Source: Eukaryota sp. GEM-RC1
Taxonomy: Eukaryota
Length of the DNA stretch: 64,000 nucleotides
NCBI GenBank assembly: GCA_040285855.1
Contig: JAUFOQ010000017.1
Span: 558,001-622,000, forward strand
Reading direction: 5' to 3'
Shown: positions 49,037 through 61,128 of the stretch, piece by piece
Layout of the letters: every line of letters starts with the position of its first letter
Position numbering within the stretch: position 1 is the first letter of the stretch
Position numbers and translations under genes: made by a program
The notes under the pieces: generated by a model
What the model was told of the DNA's origin: nothing
What the model saw: the letters and a program-made list of their open reading frames with translations, nothing else
Database searches by the model: none

Positions 49037-49471
49037 ATGAATGCTGTGTGCATCTACAATTGGACATGGGCTCTTTCCATAGGGTGGATTTTGTGGATCT
49101 TATATCTCATCGCTTCTTTTCTATTTTGTTTCACTGTCATTGGTCTTTACTATGTTGAGAAAATCTGGCATCTTTCACACTATGTTCTCATGCCCTTCAA
49201 CAAGGAAATAATCATTGATGAATCTACTGACCGATCCTCCACTGAGTATATCATCATCTCTGTTGTGTGGGTTCCCTTTGGTGGGATTCTGTTGATTCTT
49301 GCTCACGCTGCCCTTGGGATCGCATTCCTGGCTTCTGTCATACTGATACCTTTTGGGGCAGAGAATATGCGCATGTTGAATGTTGTTTCTGTTCCGTTTG
49401 CTGCCAAGTGGAGATATCTGAGTAGTGAAGAACTGGAGCATATTGAACTGTGGCCGAATATCCCAAGGTAG
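49037..49471 (+). CDS. YccF-domain membrane protein
   Basis: Two YccF-like repeats: GWIL..Y..AS..FCFTVIGL....PF and GG..L..AH..GI....SVILIPFG. Confidence 0.72.
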   Translation: MNAVCIYNWTWALSIGWILWILYLIASFLFCFTVIGLYYVEKIWHLSHYVLMPFNKEIIIDESTDRSSTEYIIISVVWVPFGGILLILAHAALGIAFLASVILIPFGAENMRMLNVVSVPFAAKWRYLSSEELEHIELWPNIPR

Positions 49472-49790
49472 CATACTGTTGATTCCACTGGAATTGGCAA
49501 CCTTTGTGATTGTGATTGGTCTGTAAAAGACTATGTAAAATTAATGGAATAGAGTTGAGTTAACGACATTGATTAAATTATTGATTTACTGGTCAATTTG
49601 GTCGGTTTTTCAATTTGTTTGAAATAAAAAAGACCAATAGAGAATAAGACCAATACATTAAACTACAGAATAAAATTACGATTTGTGGTACAATTACTCA
49701 CATTTAATTGTTCATATCAATATCAATGAATTGAAACGAACGAGCACCAAGAAAAGAATTAGTATCTGATTAACAAGTTCAAAATCTGTT

Positions 49791-50696
49791 TCAGCTCTTC
49801 TTACCCAATTCTAGCCGAAGTTTTCTATTTTCCTGTTCAATTTGCTCGACATTGCTAAGTAATTCCTTAATTGATAACTGTTTGTCTGAATCTAGACTAG
49901 AGCTCAGCTTATCCGCAATCAATCGTCGAAGATTTCCAATGACGACATCTTTTGACCGACATACTTCCTCATGAAACTTTGCTTGTCGTTGATTGATTTG
50001 ATTGAGAGTTGCAACTTTTTCCTGAAGAATTAATAACTGTTCGTTAGGTTCCGAATTGACGGGTTCCAGAGAGTCAATAGTTTGAGAAGAACAATCAATC
50101 AAATCAGATTGAGTAGTTGTAGGGAGGGAATCCGTTTGAGTTGAGGAGACTACTAAAGATTTGGATTTTGCAACCTCCCAATTTTTAATAATCTTATTTG
50201 CTTCAATAGTAAGTTCAGCAGTGCTGGGAGAAGGATTAGAAGGGGATTCGGTTTTGGCAGGAATCACGTTTCTCTTGGTTGGGAGAGAGTGTAGTTTTGG
50301 TTTAGGTTGAGGAGGTGGAGTGGAAACAGGCTTAACCTTGGGGAAAGCATCGATGACGGCAACAGATGAGGTCTTTGGAGACGGTTCAAGGGGATCATTG
50401 ACTGAAGAGGTTTTGGTGGGTTCTAGAATGTAGTTAGCCACGTCATAACCAAACTTAATGTAACAAGGGACAGTTGGGCAGGTGGTAGAACCAGCAATGC
50501 GTTGGTCGTTGACAAAGGTTCCGTTTCTACTATCTAAATCAGTGATAGTCAATTTGGGGGATGTTGTTATTTTACAATGGTGTTGAGAAATAGAACGAGA
50601 GTGTAGTAGAATGTCACAATCCTCAGCTCTCCCAATGATGGTAGAATCCTTTTCAAGAACAAAGGTGTTGTGCCCAGAGCGGATTTGTAATGACAT
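49791..50696 (-). CDS. FHA-domain protein with a C-terminal coiled coil
   Basis: IIGRAEDCDILL.SRSISQHHC..DLDSRNGTFVND. Confidence 0.9.
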   Translation of the reverse strand: MSLQIRSGHNTFVLEKDSTIIGRAEDCDILLHSRSISQHHCKITTSPKLTITDLDSRNGTFVNDQRIAGSTTCPTVPCYIKFGYDVANYILEPTKTSSVNDPLEPSPKTSSVAVIDAFPKVKPVSTPPPQPKPKLHSLPTKRNVIPAKTESPSNPSPSTAELTIEANKIIKNWEVAKSKSLVVSSTQTDSLPTTTQSDLIDCSSQTIDSLEPVNSEPNEQLLILQEKVATLNQINQRQAKFHEEVCRSKDVVIGNLRRLIADKLSSSLDSDKQLSIKELLSNVEQIEQENRKLRLELGKKS

Positions 50697-50770
50697 TGAG
50701 CATGGCAGAGCAGATGGCAATCGTGGGGGGAAAGAATTTCAGAATTTTTTAAGCATCTTTTGCTACTTCA

Positions 50771-52835
50771 ATGTTAACGTTCGAACAATTCCCAAAGTTC
50801 GATGCTTTTGATCCTAAACTAGTCCTTCCAACTATCGAGAACTTGGATCAACAATGCCGTGACACACTATCTCATCTTGAGACCTCAGCTTCTCCTACTT
50901 GGGATGATCTTGTTATTCCTCTTATCACTCTCAACGATAACATTGAACGACAGTGGTCCATTGTATCCCATCTTGTAGGAGTTAAGAACTCTGACGAACT
51001 TCGTGAAGCCCACAAACAAGCTCAGCCAATCATCGTCCGTCTTTCAACCTCCATTGAACAATCCGAACCCATCTACCACAAGCTAGTCTCTCTCCAGTCT
51101 TCCCCAGACTTTGATTCCTTCTCTAGCTCTCAAAAACGAGTCATTGAGAGCTATCTACGTGATGCTCGTCTTGCTGGTGTCCATTTAAAGGGAGAATCCA
51201 AGGATCGGTTCAACACGATTGAAGAAGAGCTCGCTGAACTGGCAACTAAGTTCAATGATAATGTGCTTGATTCAACCAAGGCCTACTTCCGATCTCTCTC
51301 ACCCGCTGATCTCGAAGGTCTTCCAGAGTCTCTTGTCCAGTTAATGGCTCAGAATGCAAAGGAAAAAGGAGTTGAGGGCCACGTAGTTACCCTTGATCAT
51401 CCTGTCTATGGTCCCTTTATGAAACATTGTAAGAAGAGAGAATTGAGGATGGAGGTGTACAAGCAGATGATTCAGACTGCTTCTGACGAGAAGTTTAATA
51501 ATTCACAGAATGTAGAAAACATTCTTGCTTTGAGGAAGGAAAAAGCTCAGTTGATTGGGTATGACACTCATGCTCACGTTTCTCTGCAATCAAAAGCAAT
51601 CAGTCAGGATCCTGAGGATGTTTTCAAATTTTTAGAAAATATTCGCTCCGTGTCGTTTAAAGGCGCAGAAAGAGAGTTTGAAACACTTTCCAGTTTTGTA
51701 GAGACCAATTACGAATCTCTTCCTGATGGTGTTAAGCAATGGGACTTTGGCTTCTATCTAGAAAGATACAAGGAAACTCACTTGTCTCTTAAGGAGGAGG
51801 CACTCAGACCTTATTTTGAGCTCAATTCGGTCCTTGAGGGTCTGTTCGCGATTGTTCATGATTGTTTTGGAGTTTTGATTTCAGAAGTATCAGACGAAAA
51901 GAGAAATGATTTGGGTATTTCTGTTTGGAATGATGATTGCATTGTTTTTGAGGCTGGTTGAGGATCAAAAATCAATTGGATTTATGATCCTTGATCCCTA
52001 CTCACGACCCTCAGACAAAAAAGGAGGAGCCTGGATGGATTCTGGTGTGGCTAAGAGCACTATATCAGGTCAAAACAGACTTCCCCTGACTTATGTCGTC
52101 ACCAACTGCACTCCTCCAATCAAGGGTCAAAATATCCCGTCATTAATGACCTTTGGTGAAGTGACTACTCTTTTCCACGAAGTCGGTCATTTCTTACAAG
52201 ATTCTCTTACTCATGAAGGAATTCCTGCTGTCAGTGGAACTCACGGAATTGAATGGGATACCATAGAGTTGGCCTCGCAGTTTATGGAGAACTTCTGTTA
52301 TAACGCTAGTACTCTTCGTGGGTTTGCTAAACATTATGAAACAAAGGAACCATTACCACTCGAAACTATTGAAAATTTAAAAAAGTTGAAAACATTCTTT
52401 TCTGGAACTTTCAATATCCGTCAGTTATTATTTGGGTTTACTGACATGTACCTCCACTCAAAGTATCTTTACCAACCAGAATTTGCTGAGAATGCTCATC
52501 AAGTTTACCATAACACAGCTGATAAGTGCACCATTTTAAAACCCCTTCCTGAAGATCGTTTCTTGAATGGATTTAGACATATCTTTGCTGGAGGTTATGC
52601 AGCTGGGTATTTTAGTTACAAGTTTGCTGAATGTCTAAGTTGTGATTGTTGGGCAGCTTTTGAAGAAGTTGGTCTTGAGAATTCAACGGAAGTCAGAGAG
52701 TTGGGAAAGAAATATAGAAATACTATTCTTGCCATGGGAGGAGGAGTTCATCCTATGGAAGTGTTTAGGATGTTTAGAGGTCGTGATTTTGACCCCAAGT
52801 ATTTGTTGATTGCAGAGGGTTTGATGAATGAATGA
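50771..52835 (+). CDS. prlC: Oligopeptidase A (peptidase M3A, PrlC/OpdA type); frameshift at T5 51945-51949
   Basis: SHLVGVKNSDELR, DPYSRPSDKKGGAWM, HEVGH zinc motif, IELASQFMENFC, HIFAGGYAAGYFSY, FRGRD. Confidence 0.93.
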
Positions 52836-53312
52836 TTTGAGTTGTACATATGATGTGAATAAACGTGTTTTGAGTGAGTTAGTTTGTTACTATATATAAT
52901 CGACTTCAGTGTTAGTTTGTACCGAAGATCAAAAGACGGTTCTTTGAGTTTGTTTAAAGGAGTTTGATAGAAATAGAATTTTCTAGATGGTATTGATATC
53001 TCAGTTCGTAATGGTAGATTTTTCAAATGAACATGACTTAAACAGTATCTGTAATGTTTTAACACCGAAAATCAAATTTTTCGTTATGATTCACATGTGA
53101 TCTGATATTCTCCACTTAAAGTTGAGTTCCAGTAACGAATGAAAGCCGATATCAAAAACATCAAACAAATAAAAATAGATAATTTAAGAAAAATAACTAA
53201 TACTAAGACAAATACTAAAGAAAGAGCGCTTTTAAATCAAGCAACTCAAAATACGAACGTCAGATTCAAAGAAAAACCCAACTCCAAAACAACAATCAAA
53301 TAAACAATCAAG

Positions 53313-55863
53313 CTAATCAAACCTCTTCTGCTTCCGTTGCTTATCAGCCATCCTCTCAGCCTTTCTTTTCCTTGTAACAACTGCTCTGGCCTCATCTTCT
53401 CTATCCTTAACTTTCTGCTTCCGTTGTCTGTCAACCACACCCTTTTCTTTCTGTTTGCTTAACTTATCATTAGCAGACGTTCGAAGTTTCTCCAAAAGCT
53501 TCTGCCTCTCAACTTCAGCTTCATCTCTAAACAACGGACGTCTCTGCTCAACCCCCTTACGAACCCTCTTCTGCTGTAACTTTGGTTTAGAAGCAAACGG
53601 AAGCTCGGCCTGAAGAGACTTTGGAATAACAAGTGGATTAAACACCTTCTCTTCTCTCTCAATTGGTAAATACAGAGAATCCTGCTTAACTGGAGCTGAA
53701 CGATTACGTTCATTCCTCAGTTCTCCTTGAGTCTTCATCAGTCTAAACAAAGGAATTCGTAGCATTGGGTGGTAGAAGTGTGGAGGTTGTACTGGGACCC
53801 ACGTTCTGAGTGTAACTAAATCAGACATTAGAATCTTGTCTTCGAAAGTTACTCGAACTAAACCTGGTGGTTGACGGGCAGCCTTTTAATCTGTCCACGT
53901 ACTCCAGAAACAGTCCTAATCATTGCCCCTTCGAATTTGGCAGCTTCCAATTGCGATGAAAACATTTTTCCAATAAACGCGGTCTTTTCATAATCTTAAC
54001 TGGTTCACCTACTACTTTTAACTTCTTAACCACGTTCTGAAGAGGCCTGTTCTCCAACAGAACCCCAGTCATTGCTATACGGAACCCTTGGACTAGCCTG
54101 TCAGTAAGAAATCCAACAAAGGGAGTATTAGGAGGGAAGCAAGGTGAAGTAAACATAAAGTTACAGAACTCATGCTCTGGAGTGTACTTTAGATAACGAT
54201 GACGTTCCAGACCATTACCAAGATCAGTTCTGGAAAGAACACCACGTGTTTGGAAACGTCTCCATCCCATTGAGATCACGATAGGGTCGTTTGACTTCAA
54301 CAGACGATTATACCACCTATGCTTCTTAGCCTTTGTCCACACAGGACCAAGGTCAGTATCCTTCTCCACCACTGGGACTACACCTAGAATGATTGGAGTG
54401 GTGTTGGGGAGTTCTAGGTAGGAGGAAGGGACGTTCTTAAGGACAATACGGAGGTAGGATCCTATTGGGAGTCCACCTGCTGAAATAATGTCGGTGAGGT
54501 TGTCTTCTTCAGAAGTATCTTTCTTTTTAAGGATGCTAAAATCTGAGTTGTCAATGTCTGCATCTTCAGCAGAGGGTTGTTCATTGTGTTGTTCATCTAA
54601 ATCATCATCAATGTCGTTCAAAGCATCTTCGTCTATTTGTTCGTCAGCTGATGACTCATCAGATTCGTCATCACTGGAAATCTCACTTTGAGAATCGGGA
54701 GCTTCTACTTCTGAAAACTCACTTTCAGAAACATCGTCTTCTTTGACCTCTTCTTTGACACGCTCAAAAGGATAATGATCAGTTTGATCGTCAATCATTT
54801 CAGAATCAATCATTTCCTCTTCGATTTGATCCTCATTTTGATCCTCCACGTCATCTTCATCTTCACTAGGTTCACTACCAAACTCTTCAACAGGTTGATC
54901 AGAAAACTCATCATCACTTGATTGATCTCTTTCCACATCAGCACTTTCCCTAAGAGATCTAATCAGTTCCTGACCCTCAATCACATCATCACTCAGCTTC
55001 GTATTATTCTGATTAGGCAACTTAATATAAATACTTTCCTTTTCCACTACAATTCCATTTCCAATATCACCTCTAGGGGCATACACCAACCTATCCCTAT
55101 CTAATAGATACCTAGCTTTACTAGGAGGTGGAATAGGATCGTCGATCACGTCTACTTGCTCTACATCAAAGTCTCCAAGACCAGGAGCATGGAAGGTGGA
55201 GAAAGTACCAGGAAGGAAGTGGCCGCCACGGATCCAACCATAGGCAGCGATTCTTCGAGAGTCTTCAGTGTGATTGGAAGGTGACACGTCATCCCAACGA
55301 TCAACGAGAACAAAAGGATGGGAAGCTCGCCAAACAGTGGGTTTGGATTTTTGATTGGCTATATGACGTGCGAATACAGCAACTTCTTTACGAGGATATT
55401 CAGTTCCATGTACAAGTTTTGAAAAATGAACTAGCTTGGCTCCATCGGCAACTTCCTTACGGAAACGTTCCTTGAGCTCTTTGATACGTTTGCGAAGAGA
55501 GGATTGCTTCTTGAAGGCGTCACAATTAGTAAGAACGCAAGCAACTCTACAGAATCCGTGATTTTGAAGGAGGTTAAGGAATTCCATATGTTCCATTTCA
55601 AAGCCTGTCTTACAGTCTACAACAATGATGGCGATATCGGAGATTTTGGCAAGGTCAATCATAGCGCCTAGTTCGTTTGGACATTCAAAGAGAGTAACTC
55701 TGTTCTTTTGGCCAAGTACAATGGTAATAGGACCTTCGATAGAGTTTAGGGAACGTTTTGTCCAACATTTGATGAGGGAATGGATAAGCACTGATTTGCC
55801 TGTCTTTGGAGGACCCATGACAATGACATTTTGAGGAGGTCTTGCAGGTAAAGAAGTGTCCAT
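53313..55863 (-). CDS. BMS1: Ribosome biogenesis GTPase BMS1; two frameshifts (~53985, ~53884)
   Basis: [48 protein letters not shown]; restoring one A at each site gives [37 protein letters not shown]. Confidence 0.95.
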
Positions 55864-55932
55864 CAGCAAGTTAGACTATCAGGGAATGGAAAAGGGCTGA
55901 GTAAACTGAAGCAAAAGTGACAAAACTTCTTC

Positions 55933-56970
55933 ATGGCCGACAAAGTCCGTGTTCTTAAACGGCAAGAACCAAATAAACGCTGTGTAGACTGCTCTGTGGG
56001 CTTTACCACTGATGTGGTCTTTCTTCCCAATGACCATGCAGTTTTTGCTTGCTCTACATGTGCTGGTCTTCATCGCCAATACAGTCATCGTGTCAAGAGC
56101 ATAAGTCTTGCTGATTTCTCAGATTCAGAGTACCAAATACTGTCTTCATCGGGCAATCAACATGTTAACTCAATATATCTAGCTTCACATAATGCTTCTA
56201 CTCAATCCATACCAACTAAGTCAGACACAAAGGCTCTAAAACAGTTTTTGGAAAACAAGTACATCAAGAAGAAGTGGGTGTCGTCTTCTGTAACTAGGAC
56301 TGCTTCTAGTCCGTCTACTCGACCCCCTCTCCCTTCCCAGACGTCTACTCCTGCTTCTTTTGATAACTTTTTTACCGATGTACCTGAATTTGCTTCGAAG
56401 GACAGCTTTTTTGACACGAAAACTCAAGACACCTTCTTTGATGATTCGTTTGCTCCTAAGAAACCTGAACCAAAAACACCAAAGTCTGCTGATATATTGT
56501 CGATATTTGATGGTTTTGATGTTTCTAGTCAATCAAAACCCAAACCAAATCGTGATTTTGATATGTTTGATAGTCAACCAACAACGTCACAATCACCTTC
56601 CAAATCTGGGAAATCTCAGCTTTTTGATTGTGATGATTTTGATGTTTCTACTCGGCCAAAACCCACTCAAAAACATGATTTTGATATGTTTGATAGTCAA
56701 CCAACAACATCACAATCACCTTCCAAATCTGGGAAATCTCAGCTTTTTGATTGTGATGATTTTATGTCGTCAGAGCCGCCGTCAGTCAAGGAAGTTGATC
56801 CCTTTGATGATTTATTTGCTGATAGTGAACCACAAACTGCTAATGAATTTGACTTGTTTGGTGGTGGTCCATCAAAAAAGACTGATGATTTTGATGATTT
56901 ATTTGATTCTTTTTCAGTTTCGTCAACGAAGGAATCTGTCAGTAATGCGAATAATTTTGATTTCTTCTAG
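55933..56970 (+). CDS. ArfGAP (AGFG-like) with an F/D-rich disordered tail
   Basis: NKRCVDC..CSTCAGLHR..HRVKSIS..GNQHVN..FLENKYIKKKW. Confidence 0.88.
   Translation: MADKVRVLKRQEPNKRCVDCSVGFTTDVVFLPNDHAVFACSTCAGLHRQYSHRVKSISLADFSDSEYQILSSSGNQHVNSIYLASHNASTQSIPTKSDTKALKQFLENKYIKKKWVSSSVTRTASSPSTRPPLPSQTSTPASFDNFFTDVPEFASKDSFFDTKTQDTFFDDSFAPKKPEPKTPKSADILSIFDGFDVSSQSKPKPNRDFDMFDSQPTTSQSPSKSGKSQLFDCDDFDVSTRPKPTQKHDFDMFDSQPTTSQSPSKSGKSQLFDCDDFMSSEPPSVKEVDPFDDLFADSEPQTANEFDLFGGGPSKKTDDFDDLFDSFSVSSTKESVSNANNFDFF
56515..56762 (+). repeat. 123-bp (41-aa) tandem duplication within the ArfGAP tail
   Basis: DFDMFDSQPTTSQSPSKSGKSQLFDCDDF occurs twice, near-identical at DNA level (56553 vs 56676). Confidence 0.92.
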
Positions 56971-57701
56971 ATTTTATAATTCATTTTTTTTGTAATTTAC
57001 CACCAGTTCATTGTGTTGACTCATGTTTGATAAATCTATTTCCTTTGTTGACCTGACACATTGTTTCATTTCTCTTCACTCACTTCATATCTGTCTGCTA
57101 TGATCTGCCTGGTCAACGACATGTTTCGAGAAATCTCGATAGTAAACGTGATCTTGGATTAAATGATTTTCTGTCATTTACAAGCCCCTACTTCTCTACA
57201 GAACTCGACTATATTGGAGACTATCTAAAGATTTAACTCCAAATTTTTCTCCAGTTCATGTATCTTTACTATATGTAGTACTTACATAGTTAGCATCGGC
57301 AAAAACGGGATGTCTGTTCCTGATAGTTTCGAGTGTGTAATCTGTCTGTTCTCTCTGATGTACCGTTGTACACACAAGTCAGGGAACAATTTTACTGACA
57401 ACAAATCGGTCATGAATACAAAGTAAATTTGTTCGGAATTGTTCCCAAACTTCAGCCATGAGTTCCACAGGTCAAATTGAGCAAGAATTGAAGAAAGTGC
57501 CAACAGGTGATTATTTGTACACAATTCGAACCAATACTATAAACAGAATGATCAAAAACAACGTGTTGTGTCAAGTGGAAACCATCTGATACAAATTTCC
57601 AGAAACCAAAATTAAATTTTTGAATTAATTCCGATGTCAAGTCTCAACAAAGCACGCAAGTTACTCGAGATATTGCGGGAATAAGAAGCTGAGCGTCATA
57701 G

Positions 57702-58112
57702 ATGTCAAGTATTGGACGACAAACACTCCTGCTTTTCTTAATCGTCAAACAAAAGATCAAATCAAAAGAGTTAGATGCATTCCTGGAGAGTAAGATTCAA
57801 GGCTATAATAGTGATCAACAGTGCGAAATCCATCGTTTTGTTGAAATGTGGCGGCAAGGCAATCCTATCTTTGACTCTGACTCTGAGTCTGATACTAATT
57901 GTGCAACTGTTTCATCTCCACCAACAGAAGGATATGATACGAAGGCACAACCCGCCAAGTACTGCAAGTACTGTAAACAAGACGATCACAACATTGAACA
58001 TTGTCCCGAACCTGCATGTAAAACATCAACACTTAACACAGCAAATGTTAGTAAACTTAAGAACAGTCAGAAACGAAGAAAAGGGAATGATGGACGATCT
58101 AAACGATCATAA
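57702..58112 (+). mobile_element. gag-like remnant with a CCHC zinc knuckle
   Basis: CKYCKQDDHNIEHCPEPACKTS. Confidence 0.6.
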
Positions 58113-58759
58113 CGTTATATCACAAACTGATAAAGTTCATCAACCAAGTTTTAAGTTTGATAGAATTTAAACACAATAAGCATCTGGTGTAGTTCACTGC
58201 CACTAGTTTCATTTCCATTTTGTGTGTATTTAATTTCAGAACTATAACAGTGATATAAGAAAAAAATAGAACTCAATATCATTAAAGCAACATTCATTGT
58301 CATTAAAACTAACATCAGCTCTTTCTTCATAGAAATTACTCGGATGTTATAAAGCTTCCGAAATAGTTCAGTTTGGATATTCTTTCCTATTGTTGTTTGT
58401 CTGCGACTGTCAAAATCGTTTAGTTGAGAAGCTTTACAAGTTTGGTGTGAAGATTAATGTTGAAAATCGTATTCTTTTTAAAGAGATAGAAAAAGTCGAT
58501 TGGACTTGGTCTGAGTATTGTTTGTTTGATTTTACAAATTCACATTTTTGTAGGAAGGTTACCTTTTTGCTGTGGAATAAAGTGCCTTTATTTACAAATT
58601 ATTGTACCAAATTATTCCAATGTCATGAAATAATCAGTTTTGAAATAGTCCAAAATAAATATTGTAATCCAAATCTTTAGTCACGTTCTTGCGTGTTACA
58701 ATCCATTTTATAACGTGATGTTGATGGTTAAAACGACTAATACAACATACATTTATAAT

Positions 58760-59705
58760 CTAATCATTTTTAGTTTTAATATAATCATTAAATTGATCAT
58801 CTGTCATTGTCCCATTTAAATACTTTTTATAGACATTCTTATCACGCAATCCTAGCTTAAGCACAGGAATGTCCAAACTTCTACTCATAATCCCCTGTAC
58901 TCTTTCAGTAAACTCCTCTACTGACTCATTACCCTCTGGAACTACTTGATCAAGATACTCAATCTCAAGAGAGTTATAGAATTGACTCATTATACGTGCA
59001 ATATGTTTGTACGTAGCAATGGTTGACCAACTCTGTGGACAGTTCTTATACTTGTACCTAAGAACAATGGGCTGAATGGGGAGAAGAGGGGAGAAGGCTC
59101 CCTTCTTGAAGGAAAGAAGACCTTTACCACTAGAAGTCGTTCCTTCCAGGGAAGATGGCTAAAGGGAGGGAGTTGGGATCAGAGGCGTGGTCACGTCGGT
59201 TGAAGAGCTCTTGGGCTACCTTCTGTCTGGCATTGGGATCTTCACGATGAACAAATATGGAGTTGAGATTCTTTGCTATAGATCCTACAAAAGGCATTTT
59301 GGCGACTTCAGCTTTTGCAATGAATGAAGGGGGGAACTCGCTGAGGAGGAGGTAGATATCGACCCATGACTGGTGAGGAGCGGTAACAATGATGTAGTTG
59401 GCACTGGAGCGAGGCTTGCGTCCTTTACGAGTGATCCACATGTAGCCATTTACAAAGAGAATTACTCTGGAAAAGCTGCGGAAAATAGGAAAGAGTATGA
59501 GGTTGCGGAAAATTGGATGAATGCGAGTTGGTAGGAAGAGACAGATGATGCGGTAAAGTTGCATTATGGAGAAATACATGGACACAAGAGTCCATGTCAC
59601 TACAAAACGAGTTGGAACAAGGAAGGGGGCAATGAAAACATATTTGAGCACTTGAAGGAAAGACAGCCTAAGTTTACCATCGTCAAATGGTGCTAAAATG
59701 TGCAT
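58760..59705 (-). CDS. Lysophospholipid acyltransferase (LPCAT/LPEAT-like); frameshift at 59146-59147; start uncertain
   Basis: HxxxxD motif APHQSWVD, FIAKAE, IFVHRE; FPEGTTS..LLSFKKGAF after removing one G. Confidence 0.88.
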
Positions 59706-60221
59706 TACAGCAGTTGCGGGTAACAAAAAAATGAGCAAAATTAGTCTAATTGGAGAGTTCCTAAATTTCAATTTATGGTCGACTTGGTAAAGGTGCTCTT
59801 TCAAAGGATGTGCTTTGTTTTCTCTCTGAGTTTTAGACAGTTGCCAAGAAAAGAACTAACAAAAGGTGTTATCATAAGTTTTGGTCGAATCGTATTGTAT
59901 TTACAATATTTAAAACAATTCCTATTATGGTCTCGAAAGCTATTTTAGTTCTTAGTGTTTTCTATGAACTAAAAGCTTCTGTGAGTTTCAATGGCAATGA
60001 TTGTTGCTTTTACATAATGAACTCTAGTTCATGTTCACTGTTTATGGACTCTGTTTTTGTTCCATAAAGAGTAAGTCACTAGAATTGTTTATGGCCTATA
60101 AAAGTCAACATGTTAAAAAAATCATTACACATTCATAACATTTCATGAATTTGAGATGATGTAGAGGTATTTGTATCTCATTTGTTAATATTGATGATAG
60201 TTTGTATTTGTATGAGTAAAT

Positions 60222-60305
60222 ATAGACTCTGGGTAAATGCACCACATTATGCACCACATATTCTAATTATTTTGTAAAATGCACCACATTCAAAATGCAC
60301 CACAC
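60222..60305 (+). repeat. Four atgcaccaca repeats, probably the subterminal region of a DNA transposon end
   Basis: atgcaccaca x4 after tagactctggg; a solo hAT-like right end (taacatccctg) at ~60572-60582. Confidence 0.5.
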
Positions 60306-61128
60306 AATACTTTTTTCATTTTACAGAAGCAACAATAAACCCCATTTATAGATCAAAAAGACAAAACATTCTCTTTGGCCTTGTTGGGTTGAATTCTTGT
60401 ACGTCTAACAGGTAGAATGATCAACTGTTTGTATCATATCTTTCAAAATTGAGATAACTTGTACGAGTTGCATATTGCCGATTGAGACAATAAACATACT
60501 GGTAACCCAGCTGCTGTCAATAAATAAATAAAAAATATTTATTGAAATAAATAAATACAAAATATATTTTTTAACATCCCTGACTTACAGTAATGTCAAC
60601 ATCCTGATTTAAAAAGTGTTGAACTACATCTACTTTGGAATGGTCAAAAACGTAACACAAATACTAGTATGTACATATTACAATGCTAACCACAATCACA
60701 GTGTCTATTCTAATTTCTCTGTAGACTATAACAAAGTGTATTTCAAAACTTTAGATCTGGCAACATATAGGTAAGATTGTTAATCACAACAATAACAATT
60801 GTTCCAAATGAGTCTCCCATTTTCAAAGGCCAAATAACTAAGAGTACTGATGCCAGAAAATTAGATCTGGCTAAAAATATATAAATTGATGAACAACTAT
60901 TTACAATCTATACCCATTAATCTCCATCTCATGTTGAGAATCAAGAACAAAGTTATACACCGCATCCACGTGATAGAGATCACTCTTTCCTAAATTGATA
61001 GGGAAGTCCCAGGTACCATTATCAAAAACAGGATGATATGGAGTCAAAAGAAGATCATTTTTCAATAAAACCATGGGATGTTAGTACTGGTACAGTACCC
61101 TTAAAATAAATTTACTTTACCTTCTCCC

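Noticed and set aside
53880..54000. Tiny introns explaining the BMS1 and other frame breaks
   Set aside because: Conserved protein sequence is continuous across the breaks with only a single base missing or extra, leaving no room for GT-AG introns
61060..61110. LTR end and primer-binding site (tggtacagtaccc) upstream of the gag-like ORF
   Set aside because: No second LTR in the window, no clear TG...CA boundary, and no tRNA complement that I could confirm
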